From an uncultured Chloroflexia bacterium (GTDB lineage Bacteria; Chloroflexota; Limnocylindria; Limnocylindrales; CSP1-4), in contig CAVYIM010000003.1 of assembly GCA_963768655.1 (NCBI GenBank), forward strand, positions 704,001 through 768,000: a stretch of DNA of 64,000 nucleotides. The letters are read 5' to 3'. The notes beneath the pieces are model-generated. The model was not told the origin of the DNA, ran no database searches, and saw only the letters and a program-made list of their open reading frames with translations. Position 1 is the stretch's first letter; each line of letters opens with the position of its first letter. A program made the position numbers and the translations under genes. Below, one piece after another: positions 42,262 to 51,805 of this stretch.

Positions 42262-43401
42262 ATGCCCACCGAAGAGCCCCTCGACCTGGCCTTCCTCGGC
42301 GACCCGAACAGCGTGCACGTACGCCGCTGGATGGGATTCTTCTCGGACCGGGGTCATCGCGTGACGCTCATCGTGGCGGCCGACAAGGTCGTCGACCCGG
42401 GCATTCCGCCGGCCATCGTCGTGGAGCGGCTTCCACCTTTCGCGTCGAGTCGAGTCCGGCCCATGAGCGCCCTCGCGACCCGTCGATCGCTCGCCCGGCA
42501 GCTTCGCCGGCTCGACCCCGACGTGCTGCACGCTCACTACGTCACGGGCAATGCCTGGCGCGCCTGGCTATCCGCTTTCCACCCCTACGTGGTGACGGTG
42601 TGGGGCTCCGACGTCCTGGGCATCGGCCGCCAGGGCTGGCGCCGTCGCCTCTACGCCAGGCTTGCGTTGCGCGCCGCCGACATCGTCACGGGCAGTTCGG
42701 CGGACCTGGTCCGGGCCGCAGTGGCCGCCGGGTCGCGGGCGGAGCGAACGCGATACATCCATTTCGGCGTGGATACCGAGCGCTTCTCGCCCGGGCCCGA
42801 CCCGGCGGGCCTCCGGGCCCGCTTCGGCCTCGTCGGTTGCCGTGTTCTACTCTCGAACCGGATCATCGCGCCGCTGTATCGCCAGGACGTAGTGGTACGG
42901 GTCCTGGCGCAGCTCCCGTCCGACGTGGTGGCCGTGATGACGGCCTACCGGGCCCAGCCGGACGAGGTGGCGAAGATCCGGGAGCTGGCCGACCGGCTTG
43001 GCGTCGCGCCTCGCCTGCGCGTCGTCGACACTCTCGACGAGTCGGAGCTGCCCGACCTGTACCGCCTGGCCGATGTCGTCGTTTCGATCCCCGCCAGCGA
43101 CGGTGGGCCCATAACCGTCGCCGAAGCTCTGGCAGTTGGTCGCCCGGTCGTCGCGACCGATTTGCCGAGCCTCCGGGAGTGGCTCGCCGATCTCGACCCG
43201 GCGGCGCTCGTCCCCGTCGACGACGTGGCGGCGACTGTGACGGCGGTCGAGACGGTGCTGTCCAGAGGTCCGGAGGAGCGGCAGGAGCGGGCGGCCCGAG
43301 GTCGGGCTGCGGTGACGGAGCGGGCCGACTGGCGGACGAACATGGAGCGCATGGAAACGCTCTATCGGGAGCTTGCGGCGGGCCGGCGCGGGACGGCCTG
43401 A
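42262..43401 (+). CDS. GT4 glycosyltransferase (paralog A)
   Basis: AFLGDPNSVH.RRW, TVWGSDV, FGVDT.RF, EALAVG. TACAAT at 42247-42252. Confidence 0.9.
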   Translation: MPTEEPLDLAFLGDPNSVHVRRWMGFFSDRGHRVTLIVAADKVVDPGIPPAIVVERLPPFASSRVRPMSALATRRSLARQLRRLDPDVLHAHYVTGNAWRAWLSAFHPYVVTVWGSDVLGIGRQGWRRRLYARLALRAADIVTGSSADLVRAAVAAGSRAERTRYIHFGVDTERFSPGPDPAGLRARFGLVGCRVLLSNRIIAPLYRQDVVVRVLAQLPSDVVAVMTAYRAQPDEVAKIRELADRLGVAPRLRVVDTLDESELPDLYRLADVVVSIPASDGGPITVAEALAVGRPVVATDLPSLREWLADLDPAALVPVDDVAATVTAVETVLSRGPEERQERAARGRAAVTERADWRTNMERMETLYRELAAGRRGTA

Positions 43402-43502
43402 CCGCCGAGGTCCGAGGGGGGCCGCCGCACGGCCACGACCCGGCGGCCGGTTCCTGCGCCGCGCCGGCGGTTCTACGGACCGCGGTTTCGCGCCCGCCGC
43501 GC

Positions 43503-44417
43503 TCAGCGGCCGGCTGTCATCAGCTCGACGCTGGACCGGAGATCGTGGACCGACTGCCAGCCGAGGACCTTCCGGGCCAGCGAGACATCGGCGACCTGCC
43601 ACGGGACGTCGGACGATCGGGGCGACCCCGCCGCCGTCTCCGCGATCTCGCCCTCGAAACTGACCGCCCGAGCCAGCGCGTCGACCAACTCGCGGGCGGT
43701 GTGGCCGGTTCCCGAAGCCACGTTGACGAGGGGAGCGTCGAGGCTCGGTACGCGACAGGCGGCTACGACGGCGGCGGCTATGTCCCGGACGTCGACGAAG
43801 TCCCGGACCGACCCGAGAGGCCCGAGCTCGATACGTTGCGTGCCCGTCGCAACGGCCTCGGCCAGGCGTCGCTGAGCCGCGCCGGGGAGGGAGTTCTCCG
43901 GCATCGAGGGCCCCAGGGCATTGAAGACCCGCAGGACGACCGCCTCGCGGCCCTGGTCCGCCGCCGCCAAAACGATCTGGGTGGCGGCCAGCTTGGCGAT
44001 GCCGTACGGGCTGACCGGTCTGGCGCAGGCGGACTCGGTCACCGGCCGGCCGGCCGGCCCCGGTCCGTATTCGGCGGCTGAGCCGAAATGGACCAACCTC
44101 GTCCCAAGGTTGGATCGGGCCAGGGCCTCCACGACGCGCGCCGTTACCAGGACGTTGAGACGGACCAGGTCCGACGTCGAGCCGACGCTGGCCCCGGTGC
44201 AATTGACGACGGCGTCCGGCTTCAGGCCCCGCAGCTCGGCCTCGAGGCGAGTGTCGTCGCCGGCCAGCAGATCGAGGTCGAGCCAGCCACGTTCGAGGCC
44301 CGGCAGGGGAGTGCCCAGGCCCGCGCCCACGACTTCGACGTCCGGCTGGCTGGTCAGTGCAGTCGAAACGTGGCTCCCGATGAAGCCATTGGCGCCCAGC
44401 ACCAGGACGAGCGCCAC
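43503..44417 (-). CDS. NAD-dependent epimerase/reductase (SDR)
   Basis: LGANGFIG, GSAAEYG, YGIAK, RDFVDVRD. Confidence 0.88.
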   Translation of the reverse strand: MALVLVLGANGFIGSHVSTALTSQPDVEVVGAGLGTPLPGLERGWLDLDLLAGDDTRLEAELRGLKPDAVVNCTGASVGSTSDLVRLNVLVTARVVEALARSNLGTRLVHFGSAAEYGPGPAGRPVTESACARPVSPYGIAKLAATQIVLAAADQGREAVVLRVFNALGPSMPENSLPGAAQRRLAEAVATGTQRIELGPLGSVRDFVDVRDIAAAVVAACRVPSLDAPLVNVASGTGHTARELVDALARAVSFEGEIAETAAGSPRSSDVPWQVADVSLARKVLGWQSVHDLRSSVELMTAGR

Positions 44418-45140
44418 TCAAGACCCCGGCAACAGGTGAGATCTGAGTCGAAGGAACTCGGAGTTGGCGCGGTCGTAGTCCTCCGGGCGTCCGATGTCGA
44501 GCCAGTAGCCTCCGAACGCATACGAGGCCGGGTTCCGCCCGGCGGCGAGGAGGTCGATCACGAGGCGATCGAAGCCGAGCGGCTCGCCGGCCCGATAGCC
44601 TGATAGGGCCGAACGGGAGACTGCGTACACGCCCATGCTGACCTCGTAGTCGAGCTTGGGCTTCTCGACGAACCCGACCACATGACCCGCCTCGACGGTC
44701 AGAACCCCGAAGTCGATGTCGACCTGGCGGTGGTACGTGGCTATGGTCAGCGGCGCATCGCCGGCGGCGTGGGCCTCCAGGAGCGAGGAGAAGCTGAGGT
44801 CGGTGAGGATGTCGCCGTTCAGCACCAGGAACTGCTCCGGGAGCTTGTCGAGAAGCGCGACCACCGGTCCCATGGTGCTGAGCGGCCTGTCCTCGGTGGC
44901 GTAGTCCACTTCGAGGCCCCACTGCTCGCCGGTGCCGACGTACGCCCTGATCAGCTCACCCAGGTGGCCGATCGCGATTGTGACCCGCCGGAAGTCGTCT
45001 CGGGCGAGCTGGCGCAGGACGATCTCGATGATGGCGCACTCGTCTCCGATCGGCACGAGAGGCTTGGGAATGCTGGTCGTGTACGGGCGCAGGCGGGTGC
45101 CTTTTCCGCCTGCCAGCAGGACGGCGTGTCGCGCGCTCAT
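44418..45140 (-). CDS. Sugar-1-phosphate nucleotidyltransferase
   Basis: [36 protein letters not shown]. Confidence 0.92.
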   Translation of the reverse strand: MSARHAVLLAGGKGTRLRPYTTSIPKPLVPIGDECAIIEIVLRQLARDDFRRVTIAIGHLGELIRAYVGTGEQWGLEVDYATEDRPLSTMGPVVALLDKLPEQFLVLNGDILTDLSFSSLLEAHAAGDAPLTIATYHRQVDIDFGVLTVEAGHVVGFVEKPKLDYEVSMGVYAVSRSALSGYRAGEPLGFDRLVIDLLAAGRNPASYAFGGYWLDIGRPEDYDRANSEFLRLRSHLLPGS

Positions 45141-45147
45141 CGGGCGC

Positions 45148-46143
45148 TCATACCGTGTACGCGTTCCACTTGTAGCGGGCCAGGTTGTCCGGCTGCGAGA
45201 ACCAGGCGGCGGTCCTGGCCAGCCCCTCGGCGAGGTCCACGGTCGGCTTCCAGCCGGTCGCCGCCGTCAGCCGGGAGCTGTCGCACACGAGGCGCATCAC
45301 CTCGGACCCGCTCGGCCTCAGACGCTCGGCTTCTTCGGTGACCGTGACCTCGCGGCCGGCTGCGGCGGCGATCGTCTTCACGAGATCGCCGATTGAGATC
45401 TCGACGCCGGTGCCGGCATTCAGGGTTCGGCCGACGACGGAGTCGGCCGGCGCGTCGGCGACCGCCATGAATGCCCGAGCCGTGTCCTCGACGTAGGTGA
45501 AGTCGCGCGTCGGCCGCAGATCGCCGAGTCGGATCTCGCGCTGCCCCGCGGCCAGTTGAGACAGGATCGTCGGAATGACAGCGCGGCTGGACTGGCGCGG
45601 ACCGTATGTGTTGAACGGCCGCAGAGTTGCCACAGGCACGCCGAACGAGAGGTGGTAGCTCTCCGTCATTTTGTCCGCGCCGATCTTGGATGCCGAGTAT
45701 GGCGACTGTCCCTGGAGCGGGTGATCCTCAGATATGGGAACGCTCCGCGCCGTGCCGTAGACCTCGCTCGTGGAGGTGTGGACGACACGCGGCGTCGCCA
45801 GCTGGCGGGCTGCCTCCAGCACGTTGAGCGTGCCGAGAACGTTCGTCTCGACGTAGGAGCGGGGCGAGCGATACGAGTACGGGATCGCGATCAGGGCGGC
45901 CAGGTGGTAGATGACGTCCGCGCCCTCGACCACCTCGCGCACCGAGGCGATGTCGCGGACGTCCCCCAGGTGAACCTCAACCGAACCGAGGACGTCGGGC
46001 GGCAGCGACTCCAGCCAGCCCCAGGAGTTGAATGAGTTGTAGAGGACCATGGCCCGGACGCGAGTGCCTCGCCTGACGAGCGCCTCGACCAGGTGGGACC
46101 CGATGAAGCCTTCGCTTCCGGTGACGGCCGCGACCGCTGACAG
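45148..46143 (-). CDS. NDP-sugar 4,6-dehydratase (LegB-like)
   Basis: [12 protein letters not shown] lies upstream of the ORF-track ATG 46050; [37 protein letters not shown]. Start placed at CTG 46143 after AAGGAG. Confidence 0.85.
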   Translation of the reverse strand: MSAVAAVTGSEGFIGSHLVEALVRRGTRVRAMVLYNSFNSWGWLESLPPDVLGSVEVHLGDVRDIASVREVVEGADVIYHLAALIAIPYSYRSPRSYVETNVLGTLNVLEAARQLATPRVVHTSTSEVYGTARSVPISEDHPLQGQSPYSASKIGADKMTESYHLSFGVPVATLRPFNTYGPRQSSRAVIPTILSQLAAGQREIRLGDLRPTRDFTYVEDTARAFMAVADAPADSVVGRTLNAGTGVEISIGDLVKTIAAAAGREVTVTEEAERLRPSGSEVMRLVCDSSRLTAATGWKPTVDLAEGLARTAAWFSQPDNLARYKWNAYTV

Positions 46144-46430
46144 CGTCTGGCTCCTTCCTGCTCATCGAAAGACGCCCCGAATGGTACCTGATTGGAGACG
46201 GCGGCTGGCTCGGCCGCAGGACGGCCGGACCGCGCCGTCGCCTCGTCGACGCCATGGGCGGGGGCGCTGCGCATCCTGGAGATGAGGCCCGCGCGGGGCG
46301 TGGCCGGAGTTGATCTTCTGTACAATCGCCCGCGATGCCCGTCCCAGATCGAGGCCGCCGAGCGTGATGGCCCGAGCCCGAGTCGTCCGCGCCCGGCGGT
46401 GCGGACCGCCAGCTGCGTGAGGTCGAGCCG

Positions 46431-47612
46431 ATGAGCGCCGTCACTGCCTCGGCTGCGACGACCACCGAGCCGCTGAGCCTCGCCTTCCTCGGCGATCCCA
46501 ACAGCGTTCACCTGCGGCGCTGGGTGAGCTACTTCGCCGCTCGCGGCCACACGGTGACCATGCTCGTCCGGGAGGAGAAGGACGTTGAGCCGGGCCTGCC
46601 GCCGGACGTCTCCGTCGAGCGGTTCAGTCATTTCGCCGCCCGAGGCCGCGTGACTCCCGCCGGCCTGCTCAAGGGCCGCCGATCCCTGCGACGCGCCGTG
46701 GCGCGGATCGAGCCCGACGTCCTCAACGCCCACTTCCTGACGGTCCACGGCTGGAACGCCTGGATGTCCGGGTTCCATCCGTATGTCGTGACGCTGTGGG
46801 GATCCGACGTCTTCATCCACCCGCGGCAGTCGCGTGCCGGTGCCCTCCTGGCACGGCTGGCGCTCCGGTCGGCCGACATGGTGATGGTCAACTCCGCGAC
46901 GTTGATGCAGGGGGCGCTCGCGGTGGGGGCGCCGCCCGCAAGGACCAGGATGGTTCAGTTCGGAGTGGACCTCACGAGATTCACGCCCGGCCCGGCCCCG
47001 GCCGCTCTCCGGGCCCGCCTTGGATTGGACGGCCGGAGAGTCATCCTCTCCCCGCGTGCCATCACACCCCTGTATCGCCATGGGATCATCGTGGAGGCCC
47101 TGACCCGGCTACCCTCCGACGTGGTCGTTCTGATGTCGCGCTATCGCGCCCAGGCCGACGAGGTGGAGAAGCTGGAACGCCTGGCCCGGGGCCTGGGCCT
47201 GGCCGATCGTGTCGTGCTGATGCCGGAGTTCGAGGAATCCGACATACCCGACCTGTACCGCATGTCCGACGTGGTCGCCTCCCTCCCCGCGTCCGACTCG
47301 ACCGCGGCGACGATCCTCGAGGCCCTTGCCTGTGAGAAGCAGATCGTGGCCGGCGATCTGCCAAGCGTGCGCGAATGGCTGTGGGAGCTGGACAGCTCGG
47401 CCCTGGTCCCGATCGACGACGTTCCCGCCACCGCCGCCGCCCTGGCCCGCGCCCTGGACCGCGATCCCTCCGAGCGGGCGGATCTCGGCCGTCGAGCTCG
47501 GGCAATCGTCGAAGCCCGGGCCGACCAGGCCGCAAGTCTCGCCAGAGTCGAGTCGCTCTACCGCGAACTGGCCCGGGCCGGCCGCGGCGGCGCCGCCGGG
47601 AGCCGACCCTGA
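46431..47612 (+). CDS. GT4 glycosyltransferase (paralog B)
   Basis: AFLGDPNSVHLRRW, TLWGSDV; collinear with 42262-43401. Confidence 0.9.
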   Translation: MSAVTASAATTTEPLSLAFLGDPNSVHLRRWVSYFAARGHTVTMLVREEKDVEPGLPPDVSVERFSHFAARGRVTPAGLLKGRRSLRRAVARIEPDVLNAHFLTVHGWNAWMSGFHPYVVTLWGSDVFIHPRQSRAGALLARLALRSADMVMVNSATLMQGALAVGAPPARTRMVQFGVDLTRFTPGPAPAALRARLGLDGRRVILSPRAITPLYRHGIIVEALTRLPSDVVVLMSRYRAQADEVEKLERLARGLGLADRVVLMPEFEESDIPDLYRMSDVVASLPASDSTAATILEALACEKQIVAGDLPSVREWLWELDSSALVPIDDVPATAAALARALDRDPSERADLGRRARAIVEARADQAASLARVESLYRELARAGRGGAAGSRP

Positions 47613-47667
47613 GCAGCTTCGCCGCGCTGGTATCGTCTGCCGTGTCAATCACCTGGCCGGAGGCTAG

Positions 47668-49113
47668 ATGACAGCGTCGTCCGCGAGGAGCGGCTCTTTC
47701 ACCCGGCGAGTGAGCGCCGTCTTCTCGACCAAGGTCGTCGCCTTCGCGATCTCGCTGGCGACGACGCTGGTGATCTCGCGCGTCCTGGGCCCCGCGGGCA
47801 AGGGCGAGTACGTCGCGGTTCTCGCCGTGCCCGGCTTGCTCGGTGCCATCGGCGTCTTCGGCCTTCCGAGCGCGGTCAACTACTTCAGCGCCCGGGGCAC
47901 GTCCGTGCGGGGGCTCCTCGAGGTCGGCCTGATCCTCACCGCGATCCTGTCGGCAATCCTGATCGCCCTGGTCTGGATCTCGATGCCGTGGCTCGAACAG
48001 GTCCTGCACTGGGTCTACCCGACCGCGATCCACGTCTGGTATGTGCCCGGCGGGGGCAAGGTCATCGGCTCCACCCTGGATCGGTCGACGGCGGACATGG
48101 TGGAGGTCGTCCTGATCGTGATTCCCGCCGCGCTTCTGACCACCTTTGCCGCGTCCGTGCTCTACGGGCGACAGCAGGTCAGGACGTACAGCGCCATCCT
48201 GATCGGCCAGGGCGCGATCACGCTCGTCCTCTCCACTTTGCTGGTCGCGGTCTTCCGGTTCGGCGTCCCCGGCGCCGTCGCCTCGAGCATCGTCGTCACA
48301 TGGCTGGCGGCCGCCGCCGACGTCGTCGCCGTCGGCCTCCTGGCGCGGCGAATGCCCCCCGGCTCGCGCGTTTCCTACCGTGGCCTGGCCGGCTACGGCT
48401 TCAAGGTCTACCCGGCCAGCATCACCAGCTACTTCAACTACCGGATCGACACCTACATCATCCAGGCAGTCATGCTCTCGCCGGAAGCTCCTCTGGGGCT
48501 CTACAGCATGGCCGTGACGATGGCGGAGTTGATCTTCTACGTCCCGGACTCGGTGACGATGATCTTCCTGCCCCGTGTCGCCGGTCTGCCGCAGGCGGAA
48601 GCCGACGCGCTGCTCCCGCGCGTGTCGAGGCTCACCGTTCTGATGACCGTCCTCGCGGCGCTGGCGCTGGTCCCGACGGCGTGGCTCGGGATCCATCTGG
48701 TCCTGCCCAGATTCAACGACTGTCTCCCCGCGTTCTACGTGCTGCTTCCGGCCGTGATCTCGCTGAGCGTGTCCAAGGTGATGTCGTCCTACGTCGCCGG
48801 CCGCGGCCGGCCCGGGCCCATCTCGGTCGGGTCGGTCATCGCGGTCTGCGTCAACATCGCGGCCAACCTGATTCTCATCCCCATCTACGGCATAGTCGGC
48901 GCGTCCCTGGCGTCGCTGATCTCGTACACGGCGTCGGCCGCGATCCTGCTCGCCGTGGCGTGCCGTCTTTCGCGTCATTCGCTCTGGCAGCTGATCGTGC
49001 CGCGCGGAGAGGAAGTCCGGATCCTGGTGGCGGGCGCCCGCCGTGGCCTCGCTCGGGCACGGCAGGTGGCCGGCGGCCTCCGGGCCGGCACCAGCACAGG
49101 CGGCGCGTCGTGA
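47668..49113 (+). CDS. Wzx-like flippase
   Basis: SRVLGPAGKGEY, NYRIDT, LGLYSMAV..AE, LIPIYGIVGA; GGAGG RBS. Confidence 0.88.
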   Translation: MTASSARSGSFTRRVSAVFSTKVVAFAISLATTLVISRVLGPAGKGEYVAVLAVPGLLGAIGVFGLPSAVNYFSARGTSVRGLLEVGLILTAILSAILIALVWISMPWLEQVLHWVYPTAIHVWYVPGGGKVIGSTLDRSTADMVEVVLIVIPAALLTTFAASVLYGRQQVRTYSAILIGQGAITLVLSTLLVAVFRFGVPGAVASSIVVTWLAAAADVVAVGLLARRMPPGSRVSYRGLAGYGFKVYPASITSYFNYRIDTYIIQAVMLSPEAPLGLYSMAVTMAELIFYVPDSVTMIFLPRVAGLPQAEADALLPRVSRLTVLMTVLAALALVPTAWLGIHLVLPRFNDCLPAFYVLLPAVISLSVSKVMSSYVAGRGRPGPISVGSVIAVCVNIAANLILIPIYGIVGASLASLISYTASAAILLAVACRLSRHSLWQLIVPRGEEVRILVAGARRGLARARQVAGGLRAGTSTGGAS

Positions 49114-50468
49114 GTGGTCGCGTCCTGGTGGTCACCTACTTCTTTCCGCCCGTCGGCGGCGTGGGCGTGCAGCGGACTCTGAAATACGTCACCTACCTGC
49201 CGCGCTGGGGTTGGGAACCGGTCGTGGTCGCGCCCGGCGACCCCGCCTTCCCGGTCCGCGACCCCTCGCTCGTCCCGACGCTCGCACCGGGTCTCGAGGT
49301 CCACCGAACCACCAGCCTGGAGCCCGGCCGCCTGCCGACCGCGGCCGTCCGCGTGCTGAGCCGCCGATCCAGTTCGGCAGGGGGCGTGTCGGCCGATCTG
49401 ACGGCGAGCTCGGCCCAGGGCAGCCTTCCGCTCAAGGTGCTGCGCAAGATCTCAGTCGTGTGGAACCGGATCTGGGCGGTGCTGCTCTTTCCGGAGGGCG
49501 CGATCGCCTGGGTCCCGTTCGCCGTCCGGGCGGGGCGCAAGGCCAATCGGCGACGTTCGGTCGACGTCATCTACTCGAGCTCATCGCCGATCTCCGCGCA
49601 CGTGGCGGCGGGTCTGTTGAAGGGCCGTATCCACCGGCCCTGGGTGGCCGACTTCCGCGATCCGTGGATCGGCAATCCCTTCGCTGCCCCGATATCGCGT
49701 CCCAAGCGCTGGATGCAGCGACGCATGGAGCGCTGGATCGTTACCCGGGCGGATCGGGTGATCGTGGCTGTGGACGCGATGCGAGTCCAGTTCGAGGAGC
49801 GTTACCCAGGGCTGGCCGGCAAGTTCGTGCACATTCCCAACGGCTACGACCGCGCGGACCTGGCCGGCATCGAGCCCGCGCCGCCCCCGACCCCCGGAGG
49901 CTTCCACCTCCTCTACGCCGGCAGCCTGTACCGACCCGGGGAGCTCGAGGCGTTCCTGCTCGGGGTCGAACGACTGCTTGCGCGCCGGCCCGAGCTCCGC
50001 CACCGCCTGAAGATCGATTTCCTGGGCCGGGTCAACGATCCCAACGCGAAGGCTGCGGCCGAGTTCGACAAGCCGGGACGACTGGCCGGCGTGGTCGGCT
50101 TCGAGGGCTTCGTGCCGCGGCCGACGGCCCTGGCCCGGATGGCCGGCGCCGACGCGCTCCTGCAGCTCATGCCCGACATGCCCGGGGCGGAGATCTTCGT
50201 CGGCGGCAAGCTGGCCGAATACCTCGCCTTCGACCGGCCGATCCTGGCGGTGATGCCGCGCGGCGAGGGGCGGGCTCTGGTCGAAGGGCTCTCGACCGGG
50301 ATCGTCGCGGATGTGGAGCCCGGCAGCGTCGCCGATGCGCTCGAGCGGCTGCTGGACCACACCCCGGCTCCGGCGCCGGCCGACCCGACCGGCCGCTTCG
50401 ATCGGGTCAACCTGGCCGGCGAGCTGGCGCGCGAACTCGATCGAGTGGTCGCCGGCGCGGCGAGCTGA
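49110..50468 (+). CDS. GT4 glycosyltransferase
   Basis: VTYFFPPVGGVGVQR, WVADFRDPW, IPNGYD, GKLAEY; GTGA overlap with the flippase. Confidence 0.9.
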   Translation: MSGRVLVVTYFFPPVGGVGVQRTLKYVTYLPRWGWEPVVVAPGDPAFPVRDPSLVPTLAPGLEVHRTTSLEPGRLPTAAVRVLSRRSSSAGGVSADLTASSAQGSLPLKVLRKISVVWNRIWAVLLFPEGAIAWVPFAVRAGRKANRRRSVDVIYSSSSPISAHVAAGLLKGRIHRPWVADFRDPWIGNPFAAPISRPKRWMQRRMERWIVTRADRVIVAVDAMRVQFEERYPGLAGKFVHIPNGYDRADLAGIEPAPPPTPGGFHLLYAGSLYRPGELEAFLLGVERLLARRPELRHRLKIDFLGRVNDPNAKAAAEFDKPGRLAGVVGFEGFVPRPTALARMAGADALLQLMPDMPGAEIFVGGKLAEYLAFDRPILAVMPRGEGRALVEGLSTGIVADVEPGSVADALERLLDHTPAPAPADPTGRFDRVNLAGELARELDRVVAGAAS

Positions 50469-50521
50469 GCGCCGGGCGACTGGCTCTACGCCGGGGCGCG
50501 GGCCGCGCCGCTCGTCAGCCC

Positions 50522-51805
50522 TCACACCGCGACGAACGACGTCACCAGGAGTACCAGCGACAACACGACGAGCAGGCCGGTGCCGATCCAGCCGATTGCC
50601 GACAGCACTCGCCCGCTCGCGAGCGGTCCCATCAGTTCTCGGTTCGATGCCAGGCGCATGACGAAGACCAGCACGAACGGCAGCAGCAGGCAGTTGATGA
50701 CCTGAGCCGTGAACATCACCTGCACGAGCAGGCGCGGCGGCACGAGCAGGATGAACAGCCCGGCGAAGGCAACGAAGAAGATCATCAGACCGTAGAAGGC
50801 CGGTGCCTCGCGCAGGCGCCAGTCGACGCCGGTCTCCCAGCCGAAGGCCTCGCAGGCGGAGTAGGCGCTCGTCAGCGGCACGGTACCGAGGCCCAGGAAC
50901 GACGCGGCGAGCAGGCCCACGGCAAAGAGGACTGTGGTCTCGCCACCAGCAAGCGGCTGCAGGGCGCGCGCGATCTGCTGGATCGCATCGGGAGAGGTCG
51001 TGTCGATGTGGATGCCAGCCGTGTACACGGCTGCGGCGCAGGCGATGATGATGAATGCGCTGATGAGGTTCGTGAGGAGCGCGCCCAGCCCAACATCCAG
51101 CCGCTCGCCGACGAGATCCTCCGGACCGAGCCGCTTGTCCGCCACGTAGGACTGGATGAACGCCTGGCCCCAGGGCGTGATCGTGGTCCCGACCGTGGCC
51201 ACCACTGTGAGCCAGTACAGGCTCGAAGAGTCCAGGGCAGGTACGACCATGGAGTGAACCGCGTGGCCCCAGTCCGGATGGGCCAGGAGCGCAGAAACGA
51301 AATACGAGAGAGAGACTCCGGCGCCTACGGCAACGAACAGGTATTGGACCTTGATGTAGCTGCCGCGGGTCAGCAGCAGGACTACGACCGTCGCGGCGAG
51401 AAGCGCGCTGATCCAGTTGGGCACGCCGAAGAGGCCGAGAGCCGCGCCGCAGCCGGCAAACTCGGACACGATTGTGCCCACGTTGGCGATGAGCATGGTC
51501 ATGATCAGGAACGCTGCCCAGCGAACGCCGTACTTCTCGCGGACGATGCCGGCCAGGCCCTGGCCCGTAGCCAGTCCGAGCCGGGCGCCCACCTCCTGTG
51601 TGAAGAACAGCACGATCTGGCTGGCGAGAATGACCCACAGCAGCTCGTAGCCATATCGCACACCCGCCACGGAATAGGTGGAGATGCCGCCGGCGTCGTT
51701 GTCGGCGAAGCCGCTCACGAGCCCCGGGCCAAGGACACCCAGGATCGCGGCCAGGCGGACCCGGTTTACCGCGCGAGGGGTCAGAGACAGGACCGGAGCC
51801 CTCAC
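50522..51805 (-). CDS. NRAMP-family transporter, NRMT (Mg2+-type) signature
   Basis: LGPGL..GFADNDAGGISTY (not DPGN) and TVGTTITPWG; GTGA overlap with the upstream gene. Confidence 0.88.
   Translation of the reverse strand: MRAPVLSLTPRAVNRVRLAAILGVLGPGLVSGFADNDAGGISTYSVAGVRYGYELLWVILASQIVLFFTQEVGARLGLATGQGLAGIVREKYGVRWAAFLIMTMLIANVGTIVSEFAGCGAALGLFGVPNWISALLAATVVVLLLTRGSYIKVQYLFVAVGAGVSLSYFVSALLAHPDWGHAVHSMVVPALDSSSLYWLTVVATVGTTITPWGQAFIQSYVADKRLGPEDLVGERLDVGLGALLTNLISAFIIIACAAAVYTAGIHIDTTSPDAIQQIARALQPLAGGETTVLFAVGLLAASFLGLGTVPLTSAYSACEAFGWETGVDWRLREAPAFYGLMIFFVAFAGLFILLVPPRLLVQVMFTAQVINCLLLPFVLVFVMRLASNRELMGPLASGRVLSAIGWIGTGLLVVLSLVLLVTSFVAV

Noticed and set aside
40972-50468. Apparent large fusion proteins 40972..43401 and 47988..50468
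   Set aside because: The N-terminal halves overlap other real genes in another frame. The true GT4 starts are 42262 and 49110.
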